From Acidobacteriota bacterium (GTDB lineage Bacteria > Acidobacteriota > Polarisedimenticolia > Gp22-AA2 > AA152), in assembly GCA_003222305.1 (NCBI GenBank), contig QHVQ01000026.1, positions 1 to 48,141 on the forward strand: a stretch of DNA of 48,141 nt. Direction: 5' to 3'. The notes under the pieces are model-generated. The model made no database searches. It saw nothing but the letters and a program-made list of their open reading frames with translations, and was not told the origin of the DNA. This document shows positions 47,856-48,141 of this stretch, piece after piece. Position 1 is the stretch's first letter; every line of letters begins with the position of its first letter. The translations under genes and the position numbers were made by a program.

Positions 47856-48141
47856 GCTTCGTCCCCTCCCTCCTGGCCCGGCTTCAGCGGCTCATCGAGA
47901 CGAGCTACGATTGGAAAACTGGGATCGGGGACCTTTCGCCCTATCTCGTGGGGGACGAAGGATACCGAGTCCTCTATGAAGGACGGGAGATCCTGGAACA
48001 GTTGCCCGGGTCGGATACAAGCCCGCGAACTCTGGTGACCTGCCGGGGGGGCGAGGTCCGCCTGGGAGTGTATTACCCTGATGCCCTGATCAGACATCTG
48101 GAGGAGAGAAACCCACTACGAAGCCTAGGGGAGGAGAACAT
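47852..48141 (+). CDS. Hypothetical protein, N-terminal 96 codons (continues beyond the window)
   Basis: This frame is absent from the ORF track because no stop is reached. The GTG at 47852 overlaps the AAA+ stop (GTGA). The frame stays open to the window end: VSFVPSLLARLQRLIETSYDWKTGIGDLSPYLVGDEGYRVLYEGREILEQLPG...RLGVYYPDALIRHLEERNPLRSLGEEN. Confidence 0.45.
   Translation, partial: MSFVPSLLARLQRLIETSYDWKTGIGDLSPYLVGDEGYRVLYEGREILEQLPGSDTSPRTLVTCRGGEVRLGVYYPDALIRHLEERNPLRSLGEEN

Overview
48.1 kb, visibly GC-rich chromosomal segment from a diderm bacterium (LptD and a LolA-like protein are present). The gene style resembles Acidobacteriota-type genomes, but the taxon cannot be proven from this window. 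Coding is dense on both strands. I saw no rRNA, tRNA, CRISPR array, transposase, integrase or phage genes.

Recognisable core genes:
- Hybrid histidine kinase, smpB, a PSP1/RicT-like gene, rsmI (broken), nadE and an EF-P family gene.
- clpB-hsp20-htpX-grpE heat-shock operon, glyA, polA and an HD-GYP response regulator.
- Two Dpp-type ABC permeases, a LolA-like gene, and a CIRCE-controlled groES-groEL.

Less ordinary content, in order:
1. A tightly coupled 4-gene operon: ArsM-like methyltransferase, flavoprotein, radical SAM and metallophosphoesterase (6091-10220).
2. A selenocysteine formate dehydrogenase operon (12734-17309). Its alpha subunit is split at the Fe-S/MoCo domain boundary and the two halves are encoded in permuted order around a NuoE-NuoF fusion.
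3. A chain of 4-nt stop/start overlaps linking a nitrilase-superfamily hydrolase, a B12-binding radical SAM-TPR protein, RluD and an unknown 102-aa ORF.
4. An LptD carrying a duplicated Ca-binding-type Asp/Asn/Gly repeat insert.
5. A cluster of two SDR genes, a polyprenol-kinase::DUF92 fusion, a ChlG/DGGGPS-clade UbiA prenyltransferase and an NPP-type phosphodiesterase.
6. A single-ring Hsp100-D2-like AAA+ protein with an unrecognised ~300-aa N-terminal region and a degenerate Walker A. It is GTGA-coupled to an unknown gene that runs off the window.

Several highly conserved genes carry lesions relative to their families: rsmI, an FAH-family gene, the NuoF module and groEL. This points to either assembly or consensus errors or real gene decay, and it should be resolved before interpreting anything else. 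All promoter and operator calls were made by eye, and all family assignments come from recalled motifs, not searches.
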